Shown one piece after another: positions 1-11,769 of a stretch of 64,000 bases of DNA (position 1 is its first letter; every line of letters starts with the position of its first letter). The notes below the pieces were generated by a model, which saw only the letters and a program-made list of their open reading frames with translations, had not been told where the DNA came from and did no database searches. The translations under genes and the position numbers were made by a program. The DNA comes from Lama guanicoe (lineage: Eukaryota): positions 5,122,724 to 5,186,723 of the forward strand of contig MU054338.1 of NCBI GenBank assembly GCA_013239625.1. The letters run 5' to 3'.

Positions 1-880
1 CAGTTGTCTTTTGAATCAGATAGGGGGAAAATGAATTGCAAATAAAAATACATTTATATTGTCTTTTATGTTTACTTATGTAAGTTACTTTTGTTGGTGC
101 TTTTTATTTTTTCATGTAGATTCAAGTTACTGTTTAGTGTTCTTTTATTTCATCTTGAAATACTTCTTTCATTTCTTTTATTGTAATGAAATACACATAA
201 CATAAATTTTACCATTAAAACTGTACAATTCAGTAGCATTTAATACATAATGTTGTGAATGTTGTGCAACCATCACCACTATCTAGTTCCAAAATATTTT
301 CATCACCCGAAAGGGAAACCCCATTCCCATTAAGCAGTCACTCCCCATTTCCGCCTCCTCCCAGGCTCCAGAAACCACTAATCTACTTTCTGTCTCCATG
401 GATTTACCTATTCTGTTTATTTCCTATAAATGGAATCATACAACACCCTTCTGAATCTGGCCTTTCATTTTGCATAATGTTTTCAAGGCTAATGCATGTG
501 ACATATATCAGTACTTTATTCCTTTTTATGGCTGAATAAAGTAATTTTGCTGGATACAGAATCTTTGGTTGACAGGGTTTTTTTTTTTTTTCTTTCAGAA
601 CTTCAAATATGTCTTCCCACTGCCTTCTGGCCTCCATGATTTCTGATGAGGAATAAGATGTTAATCTTATTGAGGATCACTTGTACACAATGAGACATTT
701 TTCTCTTGCTGCTTTGAAGATTCTTTGTCTCTATCTTTCAACAGTTTAACAATTATGTGTCTAAGTGTGGGTCTCTTTAAATTTATCCTACTTGAAATTT
801 ATTTAGCTTCTGGTTGTATAGCCTAATACTTCCATCAAATTCTGGAAGTTTTCAACCACTATTCAAATATTCTTTCTGCC

Positions 881-931
881 TTTGACACAACATTGTAAAA
901 TGATTATAAATCAATAAAAAAATGTTTAGAA
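881..931 (+). mobile_element. Extremely 5'-truncated L1 3' end with 16-bp target-site duplication
   Basis: AAATATTCTTTCTGCC at 865-880 and 932-947 flanks TTGACACAACATTGTAAA...AATAAAAAAA, which matches the L1 end near 9963-9980. Confidence 0.75.
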
Positions 932-1049
932 AAATATTCTTTCTGCCCCCTTCTGTCCTTCGTCAACTTCTGACACTCCCATTATGCATATGTTGTTATG
1001 TTTGATGGTGTCCCACATGTCTCTAAGACTCTGTTACAAATTTGTTAAA

Positions 1050-1190
1050 AACTTTTTATTCATTTATTTTTGTTTGTTGAGGGGAGGTAATTAGGTTTTA
1101 TTTACTTATTTTAATGGAGGTACTGGGGATTGAACCCGGGACCTCGTGCACGCTAAGCACATGCTCTGCCAGTGAGCTGTACCATCCCTC
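1050..1190 (-). mobile_element. tRNA-Ala-derived SINE (Vic-1-like)
   Basis: Reverse-complement A box, B box (GGGTTCAATCCC) and CTAATTACCTCCCC tail. Confidence 0.85.
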
Positions 1191-1632
1191 CAAGATTCTA
1201 TTAATTTTTCTACTGTTTTTTCCCTGTTCTTCAGGCTGAATAATCTCAATGGGCCCATCTTCAGTTTTTGCTAATACTTTCTTCTGCCTGCTCAAATCTG
1301 CTATTGGGCCCTCTACTGAAATTTTTATTTCGGTTATTGTACTTTTCAATCACAGAATTATCCATAAAGTTCCTTTTTATAATTTCAATTCCTTTCTTGA
1401 TGTATTCTCTATTTGCTGACATTTTATTCTTAGACTTCTCTAGTTCATTACATACGATTTCCTTTTGCTCATCGACCATATTTAAAAATAGCTGATTTGA
1501 AGCCTTTGTGTAGTAATCAATATCTGGACTTCCTCAGGGACGGTTTCTGTTCACTTTGTGTATGTATGGGCAATGTTTTCCTGTCTCTTTGTATGTATCA
1601 TAATTTTTGTTGAAAACTGTACATTTCAAATA

Positions 1633-1952
1633 CAGGTATACCTTGTTTATTGCACTTCATTTTATCTTGCTCTGCAGATATTGCATTTTTTTGCAGTTGT
1701 AGGTTTTGGGCAACCCTGCATTGAAAGACGATGATTAGCATTTTTTTTAGCAAGAAAGTATTTCAAATTAAGGTATGTACATTGGTTTTTTTAGACATAA
1801 AGTTATTGTAAACTTAATAGACTACATTATAGTGTAAACATAACTTTTATATGCACAGGGAAACAAAAAATTTGTGTGGCTTGCCTTATTGCAATATTTG
1901 CTTTATTGTGCTAGTCTGGAACCAAACCCACAGTATCTCCCAGATATACCTG
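1633..1952 (+). mobile_element. Tigger1-derived non-autonomous DNA transposon (TcMar)
   Basis: TA flanks at 1631-1632 and 1953-1954; terminal inverted repeats CAGGTATACCT / AGATATACCTG; ends resemble Tigger1. Confidence 0.85.
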
Positions 1953-3218
1953 TAATGGAATATGGCAGCTACAGAAATCAGATTCTACCTCCTTCTTAGG
2001 GTTTGCTGTCACTGCTGTTTTCTGTAGTGGTTCTTTTTGTTTGTTTAATGGCTTTTCTTAACTAATCCTGTAGAGTCTCTATTCTCTGTCATATGTGGCC
2101 ACTAAAATTGCCACTTAGCTTAGTGCTTAGCGGATGACTGCACAGATTTCCTTGAAAACCTGAAACTAAAAATCTCCCAGTCTTTGCCCAGGGTCTCTGT
2201 GTGTTTGGACACGACTTCCACACTCCACCATGAAGTTTGCAACTCTGCCTTAGCCTCTACTTCTGCTTTCACAGAGCCTCAGAGTTAGCTGAAATTAAGA
2301 GTTTGGGACCTTCTCAGATCTTTCCTGGGCATGCACACAGCCCTACACATGCACGTGGACTTCCAGATTCTCAGGACTATGTTGGAACTTTTCAAAGGCC
2401 CTAAGGACACCTCATTCCTTAACTTTTCCTTTTAAGACTTTTGGTTAGGCTATTGTTTGTCCCAACCATTATCCATCACCTCAGGCAATTGTGGTGTTAA
2501 AACATTTAGCAGGTGCCCTCTGGCGAGAGGCTTTTAGGACTGGGCAAGTTCAACTGAGATCAAATAAGGCAAGCCTTTTGGGTGTGGTCTTCTGGGAAAC
2601 CACTAGACAGATCAGATAATGACTCTTCATTGGACACAAGGCTTTATAAGAGCTCCCAATCAGTTCTTCTCCCTCCAGCACAGGAATGTGGGCTGTTATT
2701 TTTTAAGGCTATTTCTGAGCTGTGAAGCAGGGACTGGGATACGTTAAAATTCCACCAAGCTCACTGTTCTTTACTGAGATTCAGCCATTTTTCTTGACTA
2801 AATGCTCTCTGAATTACTGTAAGCTTTTGGTTGATTTCCAGAGTTCTAAAAGTGTTGATTCTGACAAATTCTGTGGTTTTTTTCATTGCTTTTATGAAAA
2901 AGGAAAATTTACTCTGCCATTTTCGCTGACATTCTTTTTTTTTTTTCTTTCTGTTTTTTTCATGCTTAAATTGTCTTTGATTTGGCCAGTGGAAGCCTTT
3001 CATGCTGCCTTCTATGTCCTTTTGACATATGCCTATCAGTTTTTCCGCTGATCAAGCTTCCCCTGTCCAAACTCTGGAATCAACCCTTTCTCCAAAGAGC
3101 CCTGGTTTGCTTTTAAGGGGAGACTGGCATTCAGAAACCAAGACCAGGGTGTTAAGCGTGCTCATTATTTTTGGGGTGTCACTGATCCCAGGACTTCTGA
3201 GTAAACTAATAAGAACAC

Positions 3219-3246
3219 CACACACACACACACACACACACACACA
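3219..3246. repeat. (CA)n microsatellite
   Basis: Direct read. Confidence 0.95.
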
Positions 3247-4265
3247 TTTATTTCTCTCTGTATTTTGAAAACCACAACTTCACACCAACACCTACAATTA
3301 AATACAATAAGGTTCATTCTAAATTTCCCTCCATTTATCTTTGCAATACTCTTCTCGGATGGTGGGAAATCTGGTCCCCATTATCCTGAATATATATGTT
3401 TGTTTCATCAATCTCATATTCCCATCACCATCCCCTACTCTAAGTGGATGCCCTCCTCACTGCGCTTGGACACTGACCCCCTCCCACCAGGCAGACGGAG
3501 ACCCCCATGCTGTTGGCCTTCTTACCTCACTTGGGCTCTGACATCCCATACCCATCATCCCTCTGTGAGGATGATCTCCTCACCAAGTTTGGACTCCAAC
3601 AGTCTAGTGGCCACCGTTTTGAACACTTTCTCTTGTCATCTAAGAACTGGCTGATTTATTCTGTCCTCTAAACACCTCTCCATCCATGTAAACCCCCCCA
3701 TACCCAGAGCTGGTGTCTGCCTGCCCCCTGGTGTGGAAGCTACCACTGCGCTTGGCTCACCTATGAAGGGCCCAGCTCATCAGGGCTTCCTTGCTTTCAC
3801 CACTCTTGACTAGTCCTATTGAAAAGTTGGTTTTTTCTACTTATCACCATGAAAGGGAGGGTCTTCTGGGGCCTTCTACGCTTTCACCTGAAGTGGAAAT
3901 CCTGCCAGCATTCCTTCAAAACTTCTTTTGTGCTAAATGCTTTTCACACATGGTCTCAGTGAATCTCCATAAGCCAGCTACTAATGTTCCCATTTTACCT
4001 ATGAGACTCAGAGATCATGTCACCTGTCCATGGTCCATGACCTTACAAATGCTGGAGCTGGGGTTCAGTCCGTGAAAGCATTTTCATTTTCATTCACCTC
4101 TGTGCCCCTCAACTCCATCCAGCTCAAAAAATAGGGGGAAGGGATTGATAGTGTTGCCCCTCTTAATTGGGGAGTCCTGAGAGAGAGAGGGGAGAACCAG
4201 ATTGAGGTTCAAATTTTTGCTTATCTGTCTACTAGCTATCTCACCCAGAATGTTACCTTCTAGAC

Positions 4266-4440
4266 CAAGAGTTGGCAAACGTTTTCTGAAAAGAGCCAGA
4301 GAGCAAATATTATTTTGGCCTTGTGGGCCGGACTCTGCCACAACTACTCAGCTGTGCCCCTGTAACAGGAACTCATGATGGACAATATGTCAGTGAATGG
4401 GTGGGGAAGAGTTTCACTAAACTATTTATAAAAACAGCTG
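4266..4440 (+). mobile_element. MER58A-like hAT-Charlie MITE fragment
   Basis: GTTGGCAAACGTTTTCTG...CAACTACTCAGCTGTGCC...GACAATATGT resembles MER58A. Confidence 0.7.
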
Positions 4441-5076
4441 CGATCAGCTGTTCAGAGGGAGGAGACTGAGTCTTTTTTCTTCACTACTATATCCCCAGTG
4501 TCAAGAACACTGCCTGATTATAAATAATGTTGCTGTTTTTAAAAAAAGTTTATATCTAAGCATTTCATTTTCTTTGAAGCAGCTGTAAAAAGTATTGTGC
4601 TTTTAATTTTGGTACCTACTTTGTTAGTGTATACAAATGCATCTAAGATTTATAGATTAATCTTGTGTCCCATGATATTGCTGAACTAATTTATTAGTTC
4701 TAGAAGAGTTTTTTTGTAAATTCCTTGAGAATGTCTATGTGGATAATCATGTCATTTGCAAAGAAAGATAGCTTAATTTTTTCAAAAAAAAAACACTGCC
4801 TGGCACATAGTAGGCACTCCAGCGATGTTAAATGAATGACTGAATGAATTATTATGGGTTGTATATTCTTGGGGGAGAAAAGGTGACACAAGCAGGGTGA
4901 CCGGTGCTGGTGGAATGGCTGAGCAGAGCATGGTAGATCCAGCTCTGGAATACGTTCAAGGTCTTTTAGAGGACTTTTTGTTCCTTAAAGAAAGGGGAAG
5001 GGGAACAACATTTATTGGGCATCTGTTTGGTGCCAAGAGACCTAACTATTCTCATGACAGCCCTGTAAGATGGGTT

Positions 5077-5437
5077 TGTATCACAGAATGAATGCTTGTG
5101 TCTCCCCACCCCAGGAATTCCTAGGTTGAAACCAAATCCCCAATAGCATGGTATTCTATCCCAGTGGGGATTCAGGGCATTTGGGAAGCGATTGGGTCAT
5201 GAATGGGATTAGTGCTCTTACAAAAGAGACCCCAGAGGGCTCTCTCTCCCCTTCTGCTATGTGAGGACAGAGCCAGAAGATGGTCTTCTGTGAATCAGGA
5301 GGCGGGTCCACCTGACACCAGTCTGCCGGCTCCTTGGTCGTAGACTTCAGCCTCCAGAACTGTGAGAAATAAATGTTGGTTGCTTAAGCCACCCAGTCTA
5401 CGCTATTCTGTTCCAGCAGCCTGAATGGACTAAGACA
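5077..5437 (+). mobile_element. MLT1A-like MaLR solo LTR inserted in a MIR
   Basis: TG...CA ends; CCTCCAGAACTGTGAGAAATAAA and ACTAAGACA terminus; MIR core GAAAACTGAGGCTCAG resumes at about 5464. Confidence 0.8.
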
Positions 5438-6028
5438 GTCCATGTCCCCATTTCACGTGTGGGGAAAACTGAGGCTCAGGAATTGAGGAGACATGCTCCT
5501 GATCTCACAGGTGGAGGCAGAGCTGGGGAGGTGGTGGCTTTCCCATCTCCAGAGACGCATCCACAGGGCTGGAACACCAACCCCTCAGGAAGTTGAAAAG
5601 AGATACTCGCTCTTGGATGGGCTCTTCCTACCATGCTCACTATTTACCCTTCTGCCTGGAGTTCAATACCTCGTGGCTGGACCCTGGACCGGTATCTCAT
5701 TTCCTCCTGGGGCTCTAGAGCTCTGCTGAAAAACTTTTACTTCCTCTAGGAAGTCACATTCTCTTTCTCAGCCTTTGCATGTGCTGATTGCTGGAACTGA
5801 AACACCCCTCCTTCCGCCACCCCGTTCCATCTCTGCAAACAAGTCATCCTCCAGAATGCAGCCTTTCCCCTAGAATGAGACCTTCAGAAAGCTCTAGAAT
5901 ATTTTCCAACACCACCAAGCGACTCTTCAAGTCTCAGCCAGATGCCAACTGGATGTCCTGCAGATTGAGCTCACTTCTGACACTGTCAACCCAGAGACAG
6001 CGTCAGATCTGTTTTAAAATCAACAACA

Positions 6029-6146
6029 GGGTGGAGGGTGTAGCTCAGGGGTGGAGCGCCTGCTTAGCATGCATCATGTTCTGGGTTCCATTCCCAGTAC
6101 CGCCATTGAAAAGAAATAAATAAACCTAATTACCTTCCCCCTAAAA

Positions 6147-6180
<34 letters not shown>
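6029..6180 (+). mobile_element. Vic-1-like SINE with (CAA)n tail
   Basis: GTAGCTCAG...GCTTAGCATGCAT...GGGTTCCATTCCC...CTAATTACC. Confidence 0.85.
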
Positions 6181-6181
<1 letters not shown>

Positions 6182-6420
6182 AATCCCCAACTGTGTGCAC
6201 ATTAAAGATCTTGTTGGCTTTATTCAGTGATTTATGAATTGGGCAGCATCTAGTCTAGCAAACAGAAAGGAGCTCTGAAGAGACGTGCAAGGCTAGAGGG
6301 TTTATAGGCAGTCGGGAGCAGGAACGAGGGAGTGGCAAGTTGCAAGGTTACTTTCTTGTACGGGGATGGCAGGAGACTATCAGGCTGTTCTTGATTGGCT
6401 GGTTTAGGTTTCCACCTCCA

Positions 6421-6548
6421 GGGGCGGAGGGTATAGCTTAGTGGTAGAGCGCATGCTTAGCGTGCATGAGGTCCTGGGTTCAATCCCCAGTGCCTCCGTT
6501 AAATAAACAAGCCCAATTACTTCCCCCTGCCAAATAAGCAAATAAAAA
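6421..6548 (+). mobile_element. Vic-1-like SINE
   Basis: TAGCTTAGTGGTAGAGCGCATGCTTAGC...GGGTTCAATCCCC followed by the family tail. Confidence 0.9.
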
Positions 6549-6609
6549 GAAGCTACTGCTTTAAAAATTTTTTCAAAAAAATACCATTAAAAAAATCTTG
6601 TTCAAGAGG

Positions 6610-6825
6610 CAGAGCTTAATCTCCAGCCTCGCCATAGTTTCAATCCTCTAGTCACTTGATTTCCAGGGACCAGCCCCACCCTTGAGGCTAGAAAGCGACC
6701 CTACTCTAAGGAATTTCATTAGAATAAACAGATGTAATCAAAAGGGTCTCCTTATGAATAAGAAAAATTTCCTGATCACTCAGGAAATTACATGCCCTGT
6801 GCCAGGAACAGGGCACAAAGACCCC
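6610..6825. mobile_element. MER21-like ERV LTR fragment
   Basis: Shares ACCAGCCCC...GAGG, CACT(C/G)AGGAAAT and CTGTGCCAGGA blocks with 33760-33965. Confidence 0.5.
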
Positions 6826-6899
6826 CAGGCTGGGTCAGGTGCCTCCTCTGGGGTCTCACAATCCCTTTTTCACATATCATGCAAAAATTCTCTGCCTTC

Positions 6900-7045
6900 A
6901 ACAGGGAATTATATTCAGTATCTTGTAATAACATATAATGGAAAAGAATCTGAAAACAAAAAAATATGCAGGTATATGTATAACTGAATCACTTTGCTGT
7001 ACACCTGAAACTAACATTGTAAATCAACTACACTTCAATAAAAAT
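6900..7045 (+). mobile_element. L1 3' terminal fragment
   Basis: ACTGAATCACTTTGCTGTACACCTGAAACTAAC...CAATAAAAA; flanked by TTCTCTGC(C/T)TTCA near-direct repeats. Confidence 0.8.
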
Positions 7046-9028
7046 TTTTCTTTAGTTCTCTGCTTTCAGATCTGTCTGCCCCTCTAGACTGTGAGTTTCA
7101 CAGGAGACTGTGTCCCTGGATTAAAGCAGGTGTTTAACAAATGTCTAGTAAACAAATGAGGTGAGTGAGGAAATGTTGTCTCACTCCATTACCTAGTTCA
7201 TCTTCTATACCACACAGACATACACCCAGCCCTACATTCCAGCCCGGATTCTCATCTCTCTTTCCCATGGACACATCTCATCATCTTTTAATACCACCTC
7301 CTCCAGGAAGCCTTCCTTCCTTCCCCACTTGGAGCCCTTTCTCATATCAGCTGGGCTGCATGGACTCTGTCATACCCTCTAAGCTTTAATCTGACAGCAG
7401 GAGGTTTTCCCCAAATATCCGCTCCAGGTTGACGCTGCCTACTTCCCCAATTCCCAGACAAGTGCCACCTGCTACTTTAAAAGTGTCATTCTCCTCTTCT
7501 TCGAAATGTGACCCAGACTAAGCTGGCTTCTCAGAAACTTGCCAGTGATGGATTTCTAAAATCTCTCTAATACCCACAGACCAGGAGGAGATCACCATGG
7601 GCTGTGGGTAGGAATCAGGGAATGGAGAGCCTACTGGGTTTCTCTCCAGGCTGGACAGCGCCACCCAGTGCTCAAGGAGGCTTCAACACAGTTTTACAGA
7701 AAGATACCACACCTTCCTGCCTCCTTGCCTTTGCGTTGGCTGGAGTCCCGATCCAGGCTGCCCTTCCTCCATCTCGCCAACATTTTACCTGTTCTTAAGA
7801 GTGACGTCACTCCCTCAGCCTTACTGCAGGGGCGTTTGCTGTAAAGTGCCCTGACATTGCCAGAGGGCACAGGAAAGAGCGCCCATCCCCAGTAAGACTC
7901 TGTGGTCTTGTGGGGCTCACATGGTGAGCTCACAGTTCCCGTCGGTGGGGTCTGTAAGCGAGGCCTGGCCAGGCTGAGACCGTGAGGGGACATCGGCCGG
8001 CAGGGAGTGGGCCACGCACGATGCCCACGAGACGCTAAACTCGGGTCTCACTGGGACGCGTCCGGGGAGACACAGGCGGAGCGGTTTCGTGCTGGGCTAG
8101 CCTCCAGCTGCAGGATATCAGAGCACGTGGAAGGTGCCTCCGTCGTCAGCAACGCAGACCCGAGGGCTTGTCCCCCCGCAGGAAAGAAAAAAGTGACGTC
8201 ACAGTCCTCCCGGGTGTGCTCACGTCCCCACCTTGAGCCGTAGCCCCCCTCCACCCCGAGCCCCAGGAGGGAAGACGTGCCCCGCCACAAGGCTGTGCCC
8301 TGCAGTAAAGCTGGCTCCTGGGTCCGCTGCTGCTTCAGCCTCAAAGGCTCCGTCCCTGGTGATGTGGATGAACTGCGTGTGCCTCACGTCTTAGAATCGG
8401 GAGACTTCAGGGTACATAGGCGCACTTCTTCCATCTTTGGGGAAAAGCCTCCTCAATCCTCTAGGTGTCACCAAACTTCTTGGAAAAGGATTGTTCTCAC
8501 TCTTGACTTCACTTGTTCCTCTTACCTTCTCTCTACTGCCCAACCTACCCCCGTTCTCCGAAAATCACCAACGACAGTATCTACCTTTCCCTTGAGAAAA
8601 CCAGCAGACCAGGTTTGTCTTGGTCTCACCCACGATAGGGACGTCTACTCCCTCCTTCCTGCTTGAACCCCACCTTCCTGGGACCCCCTGATGGCCTCAC
8701 CTGCGGCTCCTTCTCCATCTCCTCCTGGCCTTGAAGTTCGCCAGTCATTTATGGCTCTTTACCATCCAAATCTCCTTCTTCTGTTGGAAGAACAAGAAAG
8801 GGGGGGGTGCCAGAGATGGCTGACTGTCCACTTTCTCCGGGAGGGCAGCCAGTGTGAGGCTGCGGGGGGCAGCAAAGCCAGAGGGAGACACCAAGTCAAG
8901 AACTGAGTGAGAAACACTCAAGATCCAACAGGCCAAACATGAAAGTCCAAGCTGGTTATAGAAACCAAAGAGGGTATAGGGAGGCCAGGGTGAGGTTATA
9001 AAACCATCTTGGTCTGGTGCTATTTTAG

Positions 9029-10055
9029 CTCACACAACTCACTAATAACAACAAAAACCCAAACAACCCAATCCAAAAATGGGCAGAAAACCTAAACAAG
9101 GAATTCTTCAGTGAAGACATACAAATGGCTAATAGGCACATGAAAAAATGTTCAATATCGCTAATTCTCAGAGAAATACAAATCAAAACTACAACAAGGT
9201 ATCACCTCACACCAGTCAGAATGGCCATCATTCAAAAGTCCACAAACGATAAATGCTGAAGAGGCTGTGGAGAAAAGAGAGCCCTCCTACCCTGTTGGTG
9301 GGAATGCAGTTTGGTGCAGCTATTGAGGAAAACAGTATGGAGATTCCTCAAAAGACTAAAAATAGAATTAACATATGATCCAGCAATCCAACTCTTGGGC
9401 ATATATCCAGAGGGAATCTTAAATCAAAAAGACACCTGCACCCCAATGTTCATAGCAGCACTATTTGCAATAGCCAAGACAAGGTAACAACCTAAACGTC
9501 CATCAACAAATGACTGGATAAAGAAGTTGTGGTATATTTATACAATGGAATGCTACTCAGCCATAAAAAATAATAAAATAATGCCATTTGCAGCAACATG
9601 GATGGCCCTGGAGAGTGTCATTCTGAGTGAAGTAAGCCAGAAAGAGAAAGAAAAATACCATATATCACTCATATGTGGAATCTAAAAAAAAATGCAAACG
9701 AACTTATTTACAAAACAGAAACAGACTCACAGACATAGTAACAAACTTATGGTTACCAGGGAGAAGTGAGTGGGAAGGGATAAACTGGGAGTTCGAGATT
9801 TGCAGATGCCGACTGGTAATTATAAAATAGATAAACAAGTTTATACTGTACAGCACAGGGACCTATATTTGATACCTTGTAGTAGCTTATGGTGAAAAAG
9901 AATATGAAGATGAATATATGTATATTCATGTATGACTGAAGCATTGTGTTGTACACCAGAAATTGACACAACATTGTAAACTGACTATGCTTCAATTCAA
10001 AAAAATTCAAAAAAATTAATTAAATAGGCATGCTTGAAACAAACAAACAAAAAGA
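9029..10055 (+). mobile_element. 5'-truncated younger L1 (ORF2 C-terminus, 3'UTR, A-rich tail)
   Basis: Recognisable ORF2 end (CACCCCAATGTTCATAGCAGCACTATTT; ATACAATGGAATGCTACTCAGCC) and 3'UTR. Confidence 0.92.
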
Positions 10056-10274
10056 AGTGACATTCCTTCAGTGATGAGATAGTCTACTGGTTAGAAGGAA
10101 ATTATTCATTAGTAGAAGATTATACAAGGCCGTGAATACCAGGAGGCTGGGACCCCGGGGACCATCTTAGAAACTGCTTACCATATTCCCCAGACTGTAA
10201 ATTCTGTTAGTGCAGGGACACTTTTGTTCATGTTAACTATTATATCTCCAGTGCTTTAAAGAGTGAATGGCAAT

Positions 10275-10393
10275 GGGGGAGGGTATAGCTCAAGTGGTGG
10301 AGTGCATGCTTAGCATGCAGGAGGCCCTGGGTTCAATCCCCAGTGCCTCCTCTGAAAATAAATAAACAAATCTAATTACACCCCTCCCAAAAA
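10275..10393 (+). mobile_element. Vic-1-like SINE with target-site duplication, inside an L2 remnant
   Basis: Full A/B boxes; AAAGAGTGAATGGCA before and AAAAAGTGAATGGCA after. Confidence 0.9.
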
Positions 10394-10805
10394 GAGCGAA
10401 TGACTCAAAAAAGTGAATGGCATATAGTAGACAATTAATATCTGTAAAATGAAAGACTGAATGGAGTAAGCTGTATGGTATAGGAGTAGAAGAGCTAGGA
10501 ATTGCTTCAATTCAACATTTCTTTTATTATGTTCAGGGGTTGTGGTCTTAATCAAAGAGCAGTGGGATGGACTGAATTGTCATGACAGGTAAAACCAAAG
10601 GTGTTGAAACTAATCGAGGAGCAGTGGGATGGATGCAACTGTCACAACACATAAAACCAAGGGTGGTGGACTACAGGGTAAACTCAGACAGGGAGGAGTC
10701 ACTGAAATACAGAAGCCATGGGTCTGCTCATTTGTATCACCTTGCAAGGGCTCCAGGAAGTGATCAGCAGGTATTAGACTTGGTGAGTGCTAAGCACCTA
10801 CCAAA

Positions 10806-11715
10806 TGTATCAATTAGCTATTGCTGCATAACAAACTGACTCCCACAAATTAATAGCTCAAAATAAAAACTATTTATTTAGTTCACAACCCTGTGGTTCA
10901 GAAATTTGGGTCTGGCTCAATTGAATAGTTTCGTGAAGCACAGCTGAGCTCATTTGTGCATCTGTGGTCAGCTGGTGGGTTGACTAAGTCTGGCTACTTA
11001 GCCAGTGCAGTTTTAAAAGATAGATGAAAATATTTTGACAATGCTCCTATCAAGAGATGAGGTCTTGATCCCCTTGAATGTGAGCAGGCTTGGACTTCTT
11101 CAATGAATAGAGTACAGCAGAAGTGATATTGTGTGATCTCCAACACTAGATCATAGAAGACCATGCAACCTTCTGGCTTGTTTGCTGGAAGACTCACTTT
11201 AAGAGACTTGAGACATCACATAAGGAGTCCAGCTACCCTGAGGCTGCCCTCTACTGGGGATGTCATGTGACAGGACTACATGGAAACTTCCAGAGACTAC
11301 AGAAAGAAAGAAAGATTCTCCCATGAGACCCCAACCATTTGAGTGATCCCAGTCCAGGAACCACACAAATGAGTGGAAATACCACCAGATAATTTCAACT
11401 CCCAGCCATTCTAGGCACCCCCAGCTCTTCAAGTCTTCCCAGCGTAAGCACTAGATGCCTTGGAGAAGGAAAAAAATCATTCCTACTGCTTCCTGTCCGA
11501 ACTCCTGACCTACAGAATCCATGAATATATTAAAAATGGAGGCTGTTTTATGCCACTGACTTCTGGGATGGCTTGTTACACAGCAGTAGAAAACTGGAAC
11601 AGCTGGCCTCGTTCATAGCTGAAAGTGGATTGACTGACGATCGAGGCCACAGAGGTGACTGAGTAATGTGCCTCTCATGACCCAGGCTAGCTTGAGCTAA
11701 ATGGCAGAGGAGGCA
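10806..11715. mobile_element. MLT1-family LTR (antisense) with a second MLT1 LTR (about 11020-11600, sense) nested inside
   Basis: TGTATCAATTAGCTATTGCTGCATAACAAA start; inner element ends GCTTGTTACACAGCAGTAGAAAACTGGAACA. Confidence 0.65.
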
Positions 11716-11769
11716 GCTCTCATCAACCCCCAATAGAAACATCCAAAAATTGTCATAACCACATTTCTC

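Larger units (their letters stand above)
1..2950 (-). mobile_element. Old degraded L1 block with younger nested insertions
   Basis: T-rich antisense L1 text; minus ORFs 404-637 (RRQWEDIFEVLKEK...CQPKILYPAKL) and 1098-1479 resemble L1 ORF1p; L1 3'UTR-like piece near 175-540. Confidence 0.8.

Noticed and set aside
6421..6497. tRNA-Ala(AGC)-like gene
   Set aside because: Followed by the SINE linker and tail and present as several diverged copies; SINE head rather than a tRNA gene.
7651..7675. REST/RE1 site (GGACAGCGCC)
   Set aside because: Only the right half-site is present; the left half does not match.
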